A stretch of DNA of 64,000 nt from the human T2T-CHM13v2.0 reference genome, Homo sapiens (GCF_009914755.1 NC_060947.1); one strand, 5' to 3'; shown: positions 45,674 through 61,671, counted from the stretch's first letter. Notes: a model not told the origin generated them from the letters alone. Program-made: numbers and translations.

Positions 45674-46237
45674 TAAGTACCGACTTTTTAATGGAGTTCT
45701 TTTTAAAATCAGTTTGTTCGTATTCTCCCTCTCTGCCCGTCTTACAACTTTTTCCCTCCCTTCCTATCTAGCTGTCATCCATCTGTCTATCTTATTTTAT
45801 TGTCACATTTTAACTGACTTCTTCCTTATAGATTGGTCTTTCCCTGCTGTCCACAGTTGTACTTTTCTTACTAGCTTCTCTTTTTCAAACCTCTCCGTGT
45901 CTCTCACTTCTTCTCTTTTTTAAAATTTTATGTAGTCTTTCCTACAGATTCATTAATGTAAACTTATTTTTCTTTCCACTCCTTCCTCCCTTTTTATCTT
46001 GCCCCTTCCTTCTTTCTTTTCTTCCTTCTTTTATTACATTTTTCTGCCTTTTCTCATTCCATTTAAGTCCCTCTCCATTTCTCTATTCTTACTCTGCCTA
46101 CATTCCTTCATTTCAGCTTTCCTCCCTCTTTCCCTCCCTCCCCTGCTTCCTTCCTTCCTTCCATTCGTTTACTGGTTCCTGTTTTTAAACATTTTTCTTT
46201 TCATCTATATCTTGTTCTAATCCTCTCTCTTCGTATC

Positions 46238-46563
<326 letters not shown>

Positions 46564-46660
46564 TGACTTACACCTTTAAAGTTCTATCTGTCTATCTACC
46601 TATCTGCTTACCTAGGTACTCACCTAGTTAGCTATCAATCATTATTTTACTATTTTTTAA

Positions 46661-47374
<714 letters not shown>

Positions 47375-48607
47375 TAATCTATCTTTATTTTATGCTTTCA
47401 ACTGACTTCTTTTTAGATCTCTCTCCTGTCATCCAATTCCTCCCTTTCTTCTTTCCTCCTTTCTTCCTTCCTATACTTTTAAACTTTCTGTCTTTTCTTG
47501 TTCCATTTCTTTCACGAATTCATCTCTGTATTTCGTTCTCTGCCTGCATGCCTACATGATATCCCTTCCTTCCTTCTTTCCATTTCTCTATCCAAACTCC
47601 CACTCTCCTGTCTTCCTTCATTCATTTTCCCTTCATCCTTCGTTCTTTTTCCTCCCTTCTTCCATCTGTCTTCTCCCTCTCATTCCTTCTTCTCATTCCT
47701 CTTTTATTCTCAACTGGTTCCTCTTTTAAAACTTTTTTACTTTCTCCCTCCTCGCTTTCTTTCTAATTCTATCTTTTTCATACATTCTTTTTTACTGGCT
47801 GCTGCTTTTTAAGTTCTGTCTATCTATCTATCTATCATCTGTCTATCTATTCAACCATGTATTTACTTATGTATCATCCTACCTACATATCTATCTATTT
47901 AGCTATTATATTTCTGTCTTTATGTTGATTTTCCTATCTCCACCTTTAAAATCTGTTCCTTACCACACAATTGTATATGATTTCCTTATTGGCTTCTCCC
48001 TTTCACTCCCATATTTTCTTTATTCCTTTAACTCTTTTCCCTGCTGACTCATCATTTATAAACTTCCTTCCTTCCTTCCTTCCCTCCCTCCCTCCTTCCT
48101 TCGGTCCTCCTTTTGTTTCTCCATCCATACTCCCTGACATTTCTCCCTCCTATCTTCACTCATTTCTCCCTCCTCCTTCTCACTTTTTTCTTCCTTCCCT
48201 CCCTTTTACTTTCTTTCTTCTATCATTCCTTCCTTCCTCCCACTGTTCTTTTATGCTCTTTCGATTGGCTCCTCTTTTTAAACAGTCTCCCCTTTCTTTC
48301 ACTCTCATTCTATCCTTTTTATACATTCTTTTTACTCGCTTCTGCTTTTTATGTTTCATCTCTCTCTCTCTCTCTCATCCATCTACCTACCTGCCAGCCC
48401 ATCAACCTACATATTATAGCTATCAATCATCTACTTTCTTTCTTTACATTTGTGTTTTATTTTCCTGTCTCCAAATTTAAAATTTGCTTCCCCCAAAGAA
48501 TTGTACTTGGTTTTCTTATTGGCTCCTCTGTCTCATTCTTACATTCTTTCTTCCTTTAACTGTGTTTGCTGCTAACTCATCTTCTATAAATGTCCTATTT
48601 TTCCATT

Positions 48608-48845
48608 TATTTTTTAGGATCAGGGTCTTTCTCTGTCACCCAAGCTGGACTGCAGTGGCACTATCATAGCTCACCGCAGCCCCAAACTTCTGGGTTCAAG
48701 TGATCCTCTCGCCTCAGCATCCCAAAACACCGGGATAATGTTTTTTTTTTTTTTTTTTTAATATATATTTTTTAGAGACAGGGTCTTGCTATGTTGCCCA
48801 GACTGGTCTTGAACTCCTGGCCTCAAGCGATCCTCCTGCTTCCAC
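48608..48845 (-). mobile_element. AluJ-like partial element
   Basis: Reverse Alu arms. Confidence 0.8.
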
Positions 48846-49315
48846 CCTTCATAAACTTTTTTCCTTGTTCTTAAGCTTGTTCTTTTCTTCCTTCCTCTCT
48901 CCCTCCCCCTCCCTCTTTCTCTCTTTTGCTCTCTATTTTATTCTTAGTATATCTTTTTTATCTTTTATTTCTTAATTCCTTTTTATTTTGTGACAATATG
49001 GTTCTCTACCTAGATCTACTTTATTCTTTATATATTTTTTGTATTATGTTTTCTTTCTTGTCTCCTTTAATAAATTATTTCATTCTTTTTCTCTCTTGCT
49101 TTCATTATTTACTGTTGTGGCATTTCTTACTGATCCTTGTTTGTTAAATGTCTTTCTTCCCTCCTTTCTCTCTCTATCATTTTTGTAGTCTTTTCTTACT
49201 TGCTCTTCTTTTTTACATCTCTTAAATTTATTTTATTATTGGCCTTTCCTTTTAAAACTTTTCTTTTTCTGTTTCTTTTTTGTGTAAAGTCTTCTTACAG
49301 GTTACTTGTTTTTAA

Positions 49316-49694
<379 letters not shown>

Positions 49695-50207
49695 GCTTTC
49701 TCTTTTTATCTTTTTTTTTTTTTTGTATAGTTTATTCTTATTGGCTGCTTCCTACTTGTGTAATGCTCTCCCTTTCTTTCTGTTTCTCCCTCCTTCCTTC
49801 CTTCCTTCTTTTTTCTTTCTTCTTTTTCTTTCATTCTCATATTCTTTATTTTAAAAAATTCTTTAAAAACATCTCTTTGCTTCTTCATTTTTACCCCTTT
49901 CTACATTCATTTTTCCCTTCTTTATTTCTTATTTCCTTTCTCTGTGTTTTTGTCTTGCTCCCTTTCTTTATTTCTTTTTGTTTCTCCTCTGCTTGCCTTT
50001 GTTCTTTTGCCTTCTTCCCTTCTTTATGCCATTATTCCTTCCTCTCTTCCTGTCCTCTCCTATATTCCCTCTTTCTTTCACTCTCTATTTACTGGCTCCT
50101 TTCAAAAACATTTTTCATTTCCTCTTTTCCTTTCTAACTTTCTATCTTTTATGCACTGACTTTTTTTTATTACTGGGTTCTCCTTTAGAAAATCTCCCGC
50201 TGTCCCG

Positions 50208-50730
50208 TCCCTCCCTCCCTCCCTTCCTTCCTTCCTTCCTTCCCTTCCTTCCTTCCCTTCCTTCCTTCCCTTCTTCCCTCCCTTCCTTCCTTCACTTCCT
50301 TCCTTCCCTTCTTCCCTCCCTTCCTTCCTTCCTTCCCTTCCTTCCTTCCCTTTCTTCCCTTCTTCCCTCCCTTCCTTCCTTCCCTTCCTTCCTTCCCTTC
50401 TTCCCTCCCTTCCTTCCTTCCTTCCCTTCCTTCCTTCCCTTCCTTCTCTTCTTCCCTCCCTTCCTTCCTTCCTTCCCTTCCTTCCTTACCTTCTTCCCTC
50501 CCTCCTTCCCTTCCTGCCTTCCTTCCTTCTTTCCCTTCTTCCTTCCCTTCCTTCCCTTCCTTCCTTACCTTCTTCCCTCCCTCCTTCCCTTCCTGCCTTC
50601 CTTCCTTCTTTCCCTTCTTCCTTCCCTTCCTTCCCTTCCTTCCTTACCTTCTTCCCTCCCTCCTTCCCTTCCTGCCTTCCTTCCTTCCTTCCCTTCTTCC
50701 TTCCTTTCCTTCCTTCTTTACTTCCTTCCA
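50208..50730. repeat. ~520-bp (CCTT)n-type near-pure pyrimidine tract
   Basis: Direct reading. Confidence 0.97.
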
Positions 50731-51107
50731 TCTTCCTTTGTCTTTATACCTCCCCCTTCCTATCTAGTTGTCATCCATCTATCTATCTTATTTTACTGTA
50801 ATATTTTAACTGACTTCTTTCTTAAAGATTTGTCTTTCCTTGCTATCCACAATTCTATGTAATCTTATAGCTCCTTCTTTTCAAGCCCCTCTGCCTCTCA
50901 TTCTTTTTTTTTAAGTTTTGCTCTTTCCTACAGACTCATGACTTACAACTTCTCTTTCTTTCCATCCCCTCCTTCTTTTCTGTCTTGCCCCCTCCCTTCC
51001 TTCTTTTCTTCCTTTCTTGATCACCTTTTCCTATGTCTTTTCTCACTGTATTTCACGCTTTCTCTGTCTTTGTCTATTCTTACCCTACCTGCATGTCTTC
51101 CTTTCTT

Positions 51108-51378
51108 TTTTTCTTTTTCTTTTTTGATATAGAGTCTCACTCTGTCGCCCAGGCTGGAGTGAACTGGTGCGATCTCAGCTCATTGCAACCCTCCGCCTCC
51201 CAGGTTCAAGTGATTTTCTTGTCACGACCTCTCGAGTAGCTGGGATTATAGGCATGCACCACCACGCCTGGCTAATTTTTGTATATTTGGTAGAGACGGG
51301 GTTTTGCCATGTTGACCAGGCTGGTCTCGAACTCCTGACCTTAAGTGCTGGGATGACAGGTGTGAGCCACTGGGCCCA
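51108..51378 (-). mobile_element. AluS with internal deletion
   Basis: Reverse Alu body. Confidence 0.88.
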
Positions 51379-51540
51379 ACACATGTCTTTCTTTCTTCCT
51401 TCCTCCCTATTGCCCTTCATCCTTCTTTTCTAACCTACCTACTTCCTTTCTTTCTTCTTTGCTTTCTCCCTTTCTCACTGCCTCCCTCCCTCCCTGTTTC
51501 CTCCTTCCACTATTTCTTTTTTAACTATTCCTGTTTTTAA

Positions 51541-51963
<423 letters not shown>

Positions 51964-52582
51964 TGAAAGTTTGGAACAGAGACAGTTAAAGAAATTGAGT
52001 GAGAAAAGACAGAAAATTTATAGAGGCAGGCACGAAAGAAGGAGGAAAAAAGGGAAAAACTGGAGGGAGCAAGCAGGAGATGTTAAAAGAAGAAGCTAGA
52101 CCAGGCACGCTGGCTCACGCCTGTAATCCTAGCACTGTCTAGGATTGTGTCTATCTGTCTTTCTGTTTATCTACTTACTTAAAGTCCTTACCTAGCTATC
52201 TATCCATCTTTATTTTACTGTTTTTTAAAAAGTGACTTCTACTTTTTAAATCTCCTCCCTTTCACACAGTTGTACTTGATTTTCTTATTGGCTCCTCCCT
52301 TTCACTCCATATTTGGTTTCTCCTCTTTAACTCCTTTCCCTATTGACTCACCATTTGTAAATTTCTTTTCTTCTTTCTTATTTTTATTCTATCTTCCTTT
52401 CTTCCTCCCTTCTTTCCTCCCTCCCTTCAAGTCTCAATTTACACTTTTTCTAGTGCCTCCTCTTTTAAAACCTATTTATTTCCTTCCCTCTCCTTTTTTT
52501 TGTGGGGGGGGGTGCTACTGTCTCTTTTTATTAATTTCATATGTTTTTTTTTTGTTTTGCTGGCTTCCACCATTAAGACCAA

Positions 52583-52583
<1 letters not shown>

Positions 52584-52632
<49 letters not shown>

Positions 52633-52665
52633 GTATCTATCTATCATCTCTCTATCTATCTATCT
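52584..52665. repeat. (CTAT)n tetranucleotide STR
   Basis: Direct reading. Confidence 0.95.
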
Positions 52666-52758
52666 GGTCCATCTGCCTACCTGTTTTCCTGCCTTATGTC
52701 TGCCATCCTTTGTATCTGTCTTTCTTTATTTCAGTCTACTTTCAACTAGCTGCTGCTG

Positions 52759-52860
52759 CTTTTTTTTTTTTTAGACAGGGTCTCACTGTGTTGCCCAGGC
52801 TGGAGTGCGGTGGTGCAAACAAAGTGCTAAGATTACAGGCGTGAGCCAGTGTGCCTGGCC
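52759..52860 (-). mobile_element. Internally deleted Alu (tail end joined to head)
   Basis: ggagtgcggtggtgcaaac|aaagtgctaagattacaggcg. Confidence 0.85.
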
Positions 52861-53972
52861 TAGCCTCTTCTTTTAACATCTCTTGCTTGCTGCCTCCAGT
52901 TCTTCCCTTCTTTTTCCTCCTTCTTTCATGCCTGCCTCTATAACTTTTCTGACTTTTCTCACTCAATTTCTTTAACTTTCTCTTTTCCAAACTTTCTCTT
53001 TTTGTTTTCTGCCCCCATGCCTAACTGCCTTCTTTCCTTTCTCCATACTTCTCTCCCTTTCTCCCTTTCTCCTGCCCCATTCATCCTTACTTCCTGCTCA
53101 CTTGCCTGCCCGCCTTCCTTCCTTCCTTCCATCCTTCTTTTGTTGCCCCATCCATACTGTTTTCTCTCCCCTCACTCTTTCTTTCTCATTTTTTCATACC
53201 TTCTTTTTTAAACTAGTTTCTGCCTTCTCTCTGTCTCTCACTCACACATCTATCTACTTACTTGCCAACCTACGTACTGTCTAGCTATCTATTCAGCTAT
53301 CAATCTTCTATTTTTCTGTCTCTATTTTTCTGTGTTTTTTTTTTGGACTCCACCTTTCATCATCTGTTTGCCATTGCAAAATTGTACTTGGTTAATTTCT
53401 TATGGGCTCCCCTCTCTCACTCTAATATTCCCTTTCTTTTAAAAAAAATCTGTTTTCCCTACTGACTCATCGGTTATAAATGTCTTCCCTCCTTCCTAAG
53501 TTCCTCTCTTCCCCTTTCTCCCTTTCTCTCTCACTTTACTTCACTCTTTCCATCTTTTTGCACTAATTTTTGTATTGGCTCATTTCAGAACTTATTTCAT
53601 TCTCTTTCTGTCTTGCATTTATTATTTTTTGCAGTGGCATTTCTTATTGACTCTTCCTTGTTAAACATCTAAGTTTTTCTCTCTTCATCGCTTTCTTTCC
53701 TTCTCTTTTTCATATTCTTTCTTAATTGCTCCCCCCACTGTTTTTTACATATTTATCTCTATAGCTCTCTTGAATATCTTTTATTGTTGGCACCTTCTTT
53801 TACATTTTTCCTTTTTCTCCTTCTCTTCTTTGTAAAGTCTTCTTATAGGTTTCTCATTTTAAAACTCTTCTCTCTTTTTTGTTCTGTCAATATCTGTCTC
53901 TCTTTCCTTTTCTACTTCTTTATATCTTTTTTTCTTATATTTTTTGGTATACTTTATTCTTCTGGCTCCTTT

Positions 53973-54200
53973 TGTAACAATAGAGGGAGGCTTAGCATGA
54001 CTGACTCCATTTTTGCATCTGACTCCCTGTGGTAATTTCCTTTAGGTTAAAAGCTTCTGCTCAGCTCTGCATGTATGCCTGCTAATTGTAGGAGGAATTT
54101 AGCTTATAGTTCTATGTCACGGCATGTTAGAAGATAGTACAACAGGCCAGGTGCAGTGGCTCACGCCTGTAATCCCAGCACTTTGGGAGGCCAAGGAGGG
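53973..54200 (+). mobile_element. ERV1-like LTR 5' fragment followed by an Alu head fragment
   Basis: tgtaacaatag...tgactccatttttgc...; ggccaggtgcagtggctcacgcc...ggccaagg at ~54145-54198. Confidence 0.55.
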
Positions 54201-54853
54201 CCTGTGCCAGGCCTCACTCTCTCTTTACTTTGCTTGCCTGCATGCCTGCCTGCCTTACTTCCTTCCTCCCTTCCTCCAATAGGTCTTTTTTTTATTTGTT
54301 TTTATAGGCTTCTTTTAAAACTGTTTTCTCTACTTCTCCATCTCTTTCTCTCTCCTTCCTTTTTTTTGTCCTGTCTTTTTTACTGGATTTTCTTTTTTAA
54401 TGTCATCTTACTTGCCTACTCTCTCTTTGTCTCTTTATCTCTGTCTCTCTCTCTTCCCAACCTTCTTTACTTATTCCATGGTTTCTTTCTATATTTTCTT
54501 GTACTGCCTTTTTTTTTATTGGCTCTTCCTTTTAAAAGTCTGTTCATATTTTCTATCTATACATCTATCATTTAACATTACTGTCTTCTTTTTAAGTCTC
54601 TCTTTTTCCTTACTGAGCTATTCTTATTGATTTACCCCTTTAATCTTCCATTTTCTTTGTGCTTTCTCTCCTTTTCTATTTCCCCTCTTTTTATTTCACT
54701 TTTTCTTATTCATTTTTTTTGTTTTAGTTCTATATATTTTCTTGTACTGGCTTTCTTACTGCTTCCTTCTTATTTTATTTTTCTCCGATTTTCTTCTTCC
54801 TCCCATATCCTTTTCTTTTATTCAGTCTGTCTTCATCATACTGCCTCTTCTTA

Positions 54854-55192
<339 letters not shown>

Positions 55193-55793
55193 CTACCTAT
55201 CTTTGTTTTCTTTTACTGACTTCTAATTTTTAAAAATGACTTTTCATTTTTAATCTGTCACCCCCTGCCAAATGTACTTGATTTTCTAACTGGCTTTTCT
55301 TCAAATTTTTCTCTCACTTTCACGTTCTATCGTTTTCATTTTATTTTTTCCTACTGACTTATCTTTTAAAACTTCTTTCTGTTCTATCTCCTGCTCTCCC
55401 CCATTCCTCTCTACCTCACCTCCCCCTTTCTTGTTCCTGTGCCTTTTTTTCTGTATGTCTTTTTCTTGCTCCCTTTCTTTCATTTTCTTCCTCCTCCCCC
55501 ACCCTCTTTCAGTCTCTCATTTGTTTCTTTCTCTTTGTTCTCCCTCCATTCCTTCATCCAGAGTGTGTGCTTGTGTTTTCCTACTGGCTGCTTCTGTTCC
55601 ATTTTCTTTCTTTTTCTCTCTATTCTCTTTCTCTCCCTCTCTCCATTTCATTCTTTGTTTCTGCACTGTCTTCTCTTACCACTTCCTCCTTTTCAACCTT
55701 TTTGTTCTTACTTTTTCTCTGTTTCTTGCTTTGTGTATTTTTAAATGTCTTTTCCTTTATATTCCTTTACAACCTTTTTCTCTTTGTCTCACT

Positions 55794-55829
<36 letters not shown>

Positions 55830-56236
55830 AGAGAGAGAGAGGAGAAAAAGAGAGAGGAGAAAAATAAGACAAAAAAGAGAGGAGAAAAGGAAGACAAAAA
55901 CCCTCTTGCCAGCATCCTTTTCAATCCTTGCCAGAAAAACATCCTTGCCAGAAAAACTCATGTACAGAGGGTTTCTCTCTCTATCTCTCTGCATACAGAC
56001 ACGTGTGTGTGTATGTGTGTGTGTGTGTGTGCATGTACACTCTACACCTGGAGATGTAACTAAGAAGTGCCTTACATAGTACCTGGCTCTAGGAACATGA
56101 ACTCTTAGGACTTACCTTTGCAAGGGCCTTGTGACCTCACTGTATAAGCAGAGGGGGTTTTTATAAAGACAACAATATTTAATATACAGGGATGCATCTT
56201 CTATGTAGCCACTTTTTAATTGTCTCTCTCTCTCAC

Positions 56237-56357
56237 CTTCTGTTTCATCTTGTCGTTTGTTTTCAAATGCACTTTCCTCTGGTCTTCATCTTACAGGTCA
56301 TTTTTAAAACATTGTTTGTAAAAATAGGTAATTGTTTTTCTCTAGAAGTGCTTGTTT
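56237..56357 (-). pseudogene. FSIP2-like small exon
   Basis: ttttag|AAACAA...ACAGAAG|gtgaga; reads KQALLEK...AFENKRQDETE versus FSIP2 KQDLLEKK...TFKYRGQDGTH. Confidence 0.75.
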
Positions 56358-56377
56358 CTAAAATATTTTTAAAAATA

Positions 56378-56700
<323 letters not shown>

Positions 56701-57110
56701 ATATATTTAATATATTTTAAAAGTTTAGTATCAACTTGCCACTGGCAAAGCAAAATAGAGATTTCAAATGTGATGGTATATTTGAAGTGAACCCTCAATT
56801 CCTATCTTGACATTTCTAAAGTCACAATGAGTACAAAGCTAGAAAGATAGGGGTAAATATCCTTTTGTGGTCTAGCATGAAGAAGAATATATTTTAATAA
56901 CTAAATCCAATTTCACTTACTGGCCACTTTCTGGAGACAAGTCTCATTTCAGGCCAGCCCTTGAAGTATAGGTTCAGGCCAGAATGGGTCTATCAGTAGC
57001 CTTCTTCATGAGTTTAGGCCATTTCAGACAATTCACATTTAAAAATAGCAAAAATGGCCAAAGCATTTCCTCAAACAGCCCAAGTCATTGGTAAAAGCCC
57101 ACTCTACTAC

Positions 57111-57219
57111 CTTCCAGCCAGTTTGTCCTCAGGTTTTCTGGTGTCATTCTTCAGCTCTTGCTTCTCTATTTACGACTTAATTTTTGTCAGACACAACAGG
57201 ACTTTTTTGCCTTCCATTC
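57111..57219 (-). pseudogene. FSIP2-like small exon, acceptor AG>AT
   Basis: ttccttat|GAATGGAAG; reads EWKAK..LTKI..VNREARAEE*HQK versus FSIP2 EWKTKEMLLLTRM..VKREERIEEQQHR. Confidence 0.75.
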
Positions 57220-57664
57220 ATAAGGAACACAATGTTACAGTAGTCAGCATGGATTCTCTTTCATAATAATTATTTTTAGTATCTACTACCAATAAGGAAA
57301 TTTGAGCAAATCAATGGCCTAATAGAAATCAGGTCAATCATAATGAAAATCTTGCATTGGCTTTAAATGGGCTTATTTTACTGTGTTTTATTGGGAAAGT
57401 GTTGGTAGATGCAATGGAATGGCAGTAGGAAAACTTATTTTGTTATTAGACACTTAATTCAAACCTAAGCTGGCTCCAAAAGTGGATTGGAAAGGATGCT
57501 GGCAAAAGGATTTTGTCTTCTGGACTCGGGGTGTATGGTGTGTGATCTCATGTTCTTACATGTATTTTGACAGGGAAACCAGACAGATAGTAGCCTTGTG
57601 TGAATTTGGGGCAGTGAGAATACAGGCATGATTTTTTTCACTAGAGCTAAATTCTAAAACTTTA

Positions 57665-58063
<399 letters not shown>

Positions 58064-58187
58064 TTAAGAGGACTTATTTTTTAGACCTGAAATAACTTCA
58101 GGTAATATGATAAGACTGCTAAAAATGTTTATAAATAAAACAGGCAGACAGTTTTTCCCTTAATATTTAAAATCCAGTGTTACTCAC

Positions 58188-59328
58188 CTCTTCAATTTGT
58201 CTACAGAGATCAAGATTTCTTCTTATGTGGTCCTGTATTGGGGGAACCTGCCCCCAATATTTCAACATAGGTTCTTTCTATTTTCCATAAGTGTTGGCCG
58301 GCTGAGAAATAAAGAGAAAGAGTACAAAGAGAGGAATTTTACAGCTGGGCTGCCAGGGGTGACATCACATATTGGTAGGACTGTGATGCCCACCTGAGCC
58401 TCAAACCAGCAAGTCTTTTATTAAGGGCTTCAAAAGGGGAGCGGGTATAAGAATAGGGGGTAGATCACATGCTTCAAAGGGCAAAAAGGAGAACTACTGA
58501 TAAGGGTCCAACAAAGATAACAAGGCAAAAGGCAAAAGGCAAAAGCGGAACTACTGATAAGGGTCTATGTTCACCGGTGCACATATTGTCTTGATAAACA
58601 TCTTAAACAACAGAAAACAGGGATGGAGAGCAGAGAACTTGTCTGACCACAAATTTACCAGGGCAGAGTTTTTCCCCACCCTAATAAGCCTGAGGGTACT
58701 GCAGGAGACCAGGGTGTATCTCAGTCCTTATCTCAACTGCATAAGACAGACCCTCCCAGAGCAGCCGTTTATAGACCTCCCCCCAGGAATGCATTCCTTT
58801 CCCAGGGTATTAATATTAATATTCCTTGCTAGGAAAAGAATTTAGCGATATCTCTCCTACTTGCATGTCTGTTTATAGGCTCTCTGCAAGAAGAAAAATA
58901 TGGCTCTTTTTGCCCAACCCCACAGGCAGTCAGACCTTATGGTTGTCTTCCCTTTTTCCCTAATTCTGTTCTTTTTCAAGGTGCACTGATTTCATATTGT
59001 TCAAACACAGATTTTACAATCAATTTGTACAGTTAACACAATTATCACAGTGGTCCTGAGGTGATGTACATTCTCAATTTATGAAGAGAACAGGATTAAA
59101 GATTAAAGTAAAGACAGGCATAAGAAATTATAAAAGTATTATTTGGGAACTGATAAATGTCCATGAAATGTTCACAATTCATGTTCCTCTGCCACGGCTC
59201 CAGCTGGTCCCTCTGTTCGGGGTCCCTGACTTCCCGCAACAGTCTTCATATCGTCTTTTTTTTTCTTTCATCTTGAGTACACTCTGCTTTCCTGCTGTGT
59301 CCAATTTCATATAATCATATATCAATAT
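58188..59328 (-). pseudogene. FSIP2-like small exon split by a MER11 LTR
   Basis: atgtag|ATATTG... reads TAGKQSVLKMKEKKRRYED [LTR] DHIRRNLDLCRQIEE|gtgagt versus FSIP2 TAEEQRLFLMDREERRQREHTRRKLTLRRKIEE. Confidence 0.8.
58236..59241 (-). mobile_element. MER11 (HERV-K HML-8) solo LTR
   Basis: Minus strand starts TGTTGCGGGAAGTCAGGGACCCCGAAC and ends GTTGAAATATTGGGGGCAGGTTCCCCCAATA; degenerate 6-bp TSD gtcctg/gtcttc. Confidence 0.9.
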
Positions 59329-59349
59329 CTACATAAAAGTGCAAATATT

Positions 59350-59650
59350 GGCTGGGCACTGTGTCCCATGCCTGTAATCCTAGCATTTTTGGAGGCTGAG
59401 GTTGGGGGATCACTTGAGCCGAGGAGTTTGGGACCAGCCTGGGCAACATGGTGAGACCTGTCTCTACTAAAAATACCAAAAATTAGCCAGGTATGGTGGC
59501 ATGTGACTATAGTCCCAGCTACTGGGAAGTTGAGGCTGGAGGATCACCTGAGCTCGGGAAGTTGATGCTGCAGTGAACTGAGAGCATCCCACTGCACTCC
59601 AGCCTGGGTGATTGGAGTGAAACCCTGTCCCAAAAAAAGGAAAAGAAAAA
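59350..59650 (+). mobile_element. AluJ
   Basis: Diverged two-arm Alu. Confidence 0.9.
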
Positions 59651-60616
59651 ATAAGTGCACAATAAGTGAAGGTAAACTGGGTGTTACCCTTACAATGGCA
59701 TTGCCTGCTTTGATATTCCCAAATTACCTGCTTCATTGTTTTTTTATTTCTTGAGCTACAGAAAATTTAAAGTTATTCAAGCCTGATCCACTAACTCATC
59801 ATGCTGCACTCATTTTTACCTTTGTTGTAGAATTTTACCTTTGTTGTCTTTGTTGTAGAATTGTCTATTATTATGGCTAGGACAATGGCAAATGTGATAC
59901 AGAGTGATTGAAAACATTTTACATAGAAATTATTCATAACTCAGTAGTTTGGGGAACATGAGTTTCTAAAGATGATTGGAATTAACTGAAGGACTGACTT
60001 TAAAAAAACCCAGCAGATTTGAATTTCCTTGAAAAAATAAGTGGAGGTCTTATATATGAGGTCTATAGACTATCAGCCTGGGATTCTGGTGGATCAGTTT
60101 GTATTCTGGCATATTGTGATGAATCTATGGAATATAAGAACCAGGGGATGGAGAACTGGCCCTTACCCCGATAAAGGAGAAAGAGAAAGAATTATAACTC
60201 ATCCTTTCATTTCCCGAGGCATGGGCTTGACTTCTGAGTGGTATCATTGAATATGTGTGGGTAGTAGCTGAATGAACATACATAGTTGGTTGGGGAATGA
60301 CACCTGTTTACATTAGCATCAAATAAAGTTATAGCAACTTTCCTGTTTTGACCTTGCAGTAATTTCCTTAAACTTAAGTTTGAAACATATGCTAAAGGCA
60401 CCTTCTCTCTCCCTCTGCTATTGTAGACTGGGTTTCACAAGATCAGGGATTTGTATTTTGGATTTCTTCTTCAAACATCAGTTTTGCTTATCTCTTGGGT
60501 TTCTAGTGGCTCCAACTTCTTAGGTAGAAACTCTCCTCCCTATTCTTGGTACCAAGGTTCCCAATTTCTGTACTTCTTGGTCTGGCTTCCTTTCTCTGCA
60601 TGTTGAAAACTACAGG

Positions 60617-60961
<345 letters not shown>

Positions 60962-61082
60962 TTAGGGAGGTTAAACAGTGTCTAGTACTTTTGTTCGTCC
61001 TATTTTTAATTATTTCTAGTATTGATACAACTTTTTGGGATCCACAATGTCCACAAGAATTAGGCATTAGCTTTCATTATAC

Positions 61083-61219
61083 CTATGTTTTATGAAAAAC
61101 TATTGGTCCAGACCTGTTTGTGTACCTTCCTGTAATAGCCATTCTTGAAATTGGGCAGTAGCCTAACTGTCACAGGCTCTCTTTGTTTTACATAATTTAT
61201 TTACCTTTTCAATCATTTT
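61083..61219 (-). pseudogene. FSIP2-like small exon (137 nt, 2 stops)
   Basis: tttcag|...CATAG|gtataa; reads KMIEKVNK..S*ATAQFQEWLLQEGTQTGLDQ*FFIKHR versus FSIP2 VAQVQNWLLKEGTESIKDQERLMRHR. Confidence 0.85.
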
Positions 61220-61581
61220 CTGAAACATAAAAAGGAGTAAAGCCTTTATATTTGCCAGACATAAACCTGTCCTTTGATCTGTCTTATGTTTCAGGCTTAG
61301 TAAACATCCTATGCTTTGCAAATGGCTAATTCTGTTAGCCTACATTTAAGTCTAGTGTGGCTCCATTTCAGACAGGTGAATTTTTTTTCTCTAGAAATGA
61401 AAGACAAATGTCTCATTTTATCTTTTACAGATCTTTTATAGAGGTCTTAGCCTTTTGATTTGTTACCTTAATAAATACTTCTAGGTCAAAATATTATAAG
61501 AACATATTCTGCGTAGGACCAAACCTTACATAAAACTTTTCTTACAGGCCCCAAATAAACAAATTTAAGTATTTAACTTAC

Positions 61582-61671
61582 TTGTTCTCTTATACAGTTT
61601 CTTTCAAAGTCTAATTTTAAACTAGTCACATACTGCCTGTATTTACTCAACTCCTTCAAGGGACATATAAC
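61582..61671 (-). pseudogene. FSIP2-like small exon (90 nt, still open, both splice sites intact)
   Basis: tttttgtag|GTTATA...GAACAA|gtaagt; reads VICPLKELSKYRQYVTSLKLDFERNCIREQ versus FSIP2 VVCTLRELNKYRQYLTSLKLDFERNYIKEQ. Confidence 0.92.

Noticed and set aside
49978-50862. 294-aa plus-strand ORF and the many other F/L/S/P-rich ORFs at 44-56 kb
   Set aside because: Stop-free only because C/T-rich repeats lack stop codons; apparent hydrophobicity is a composition artefact.
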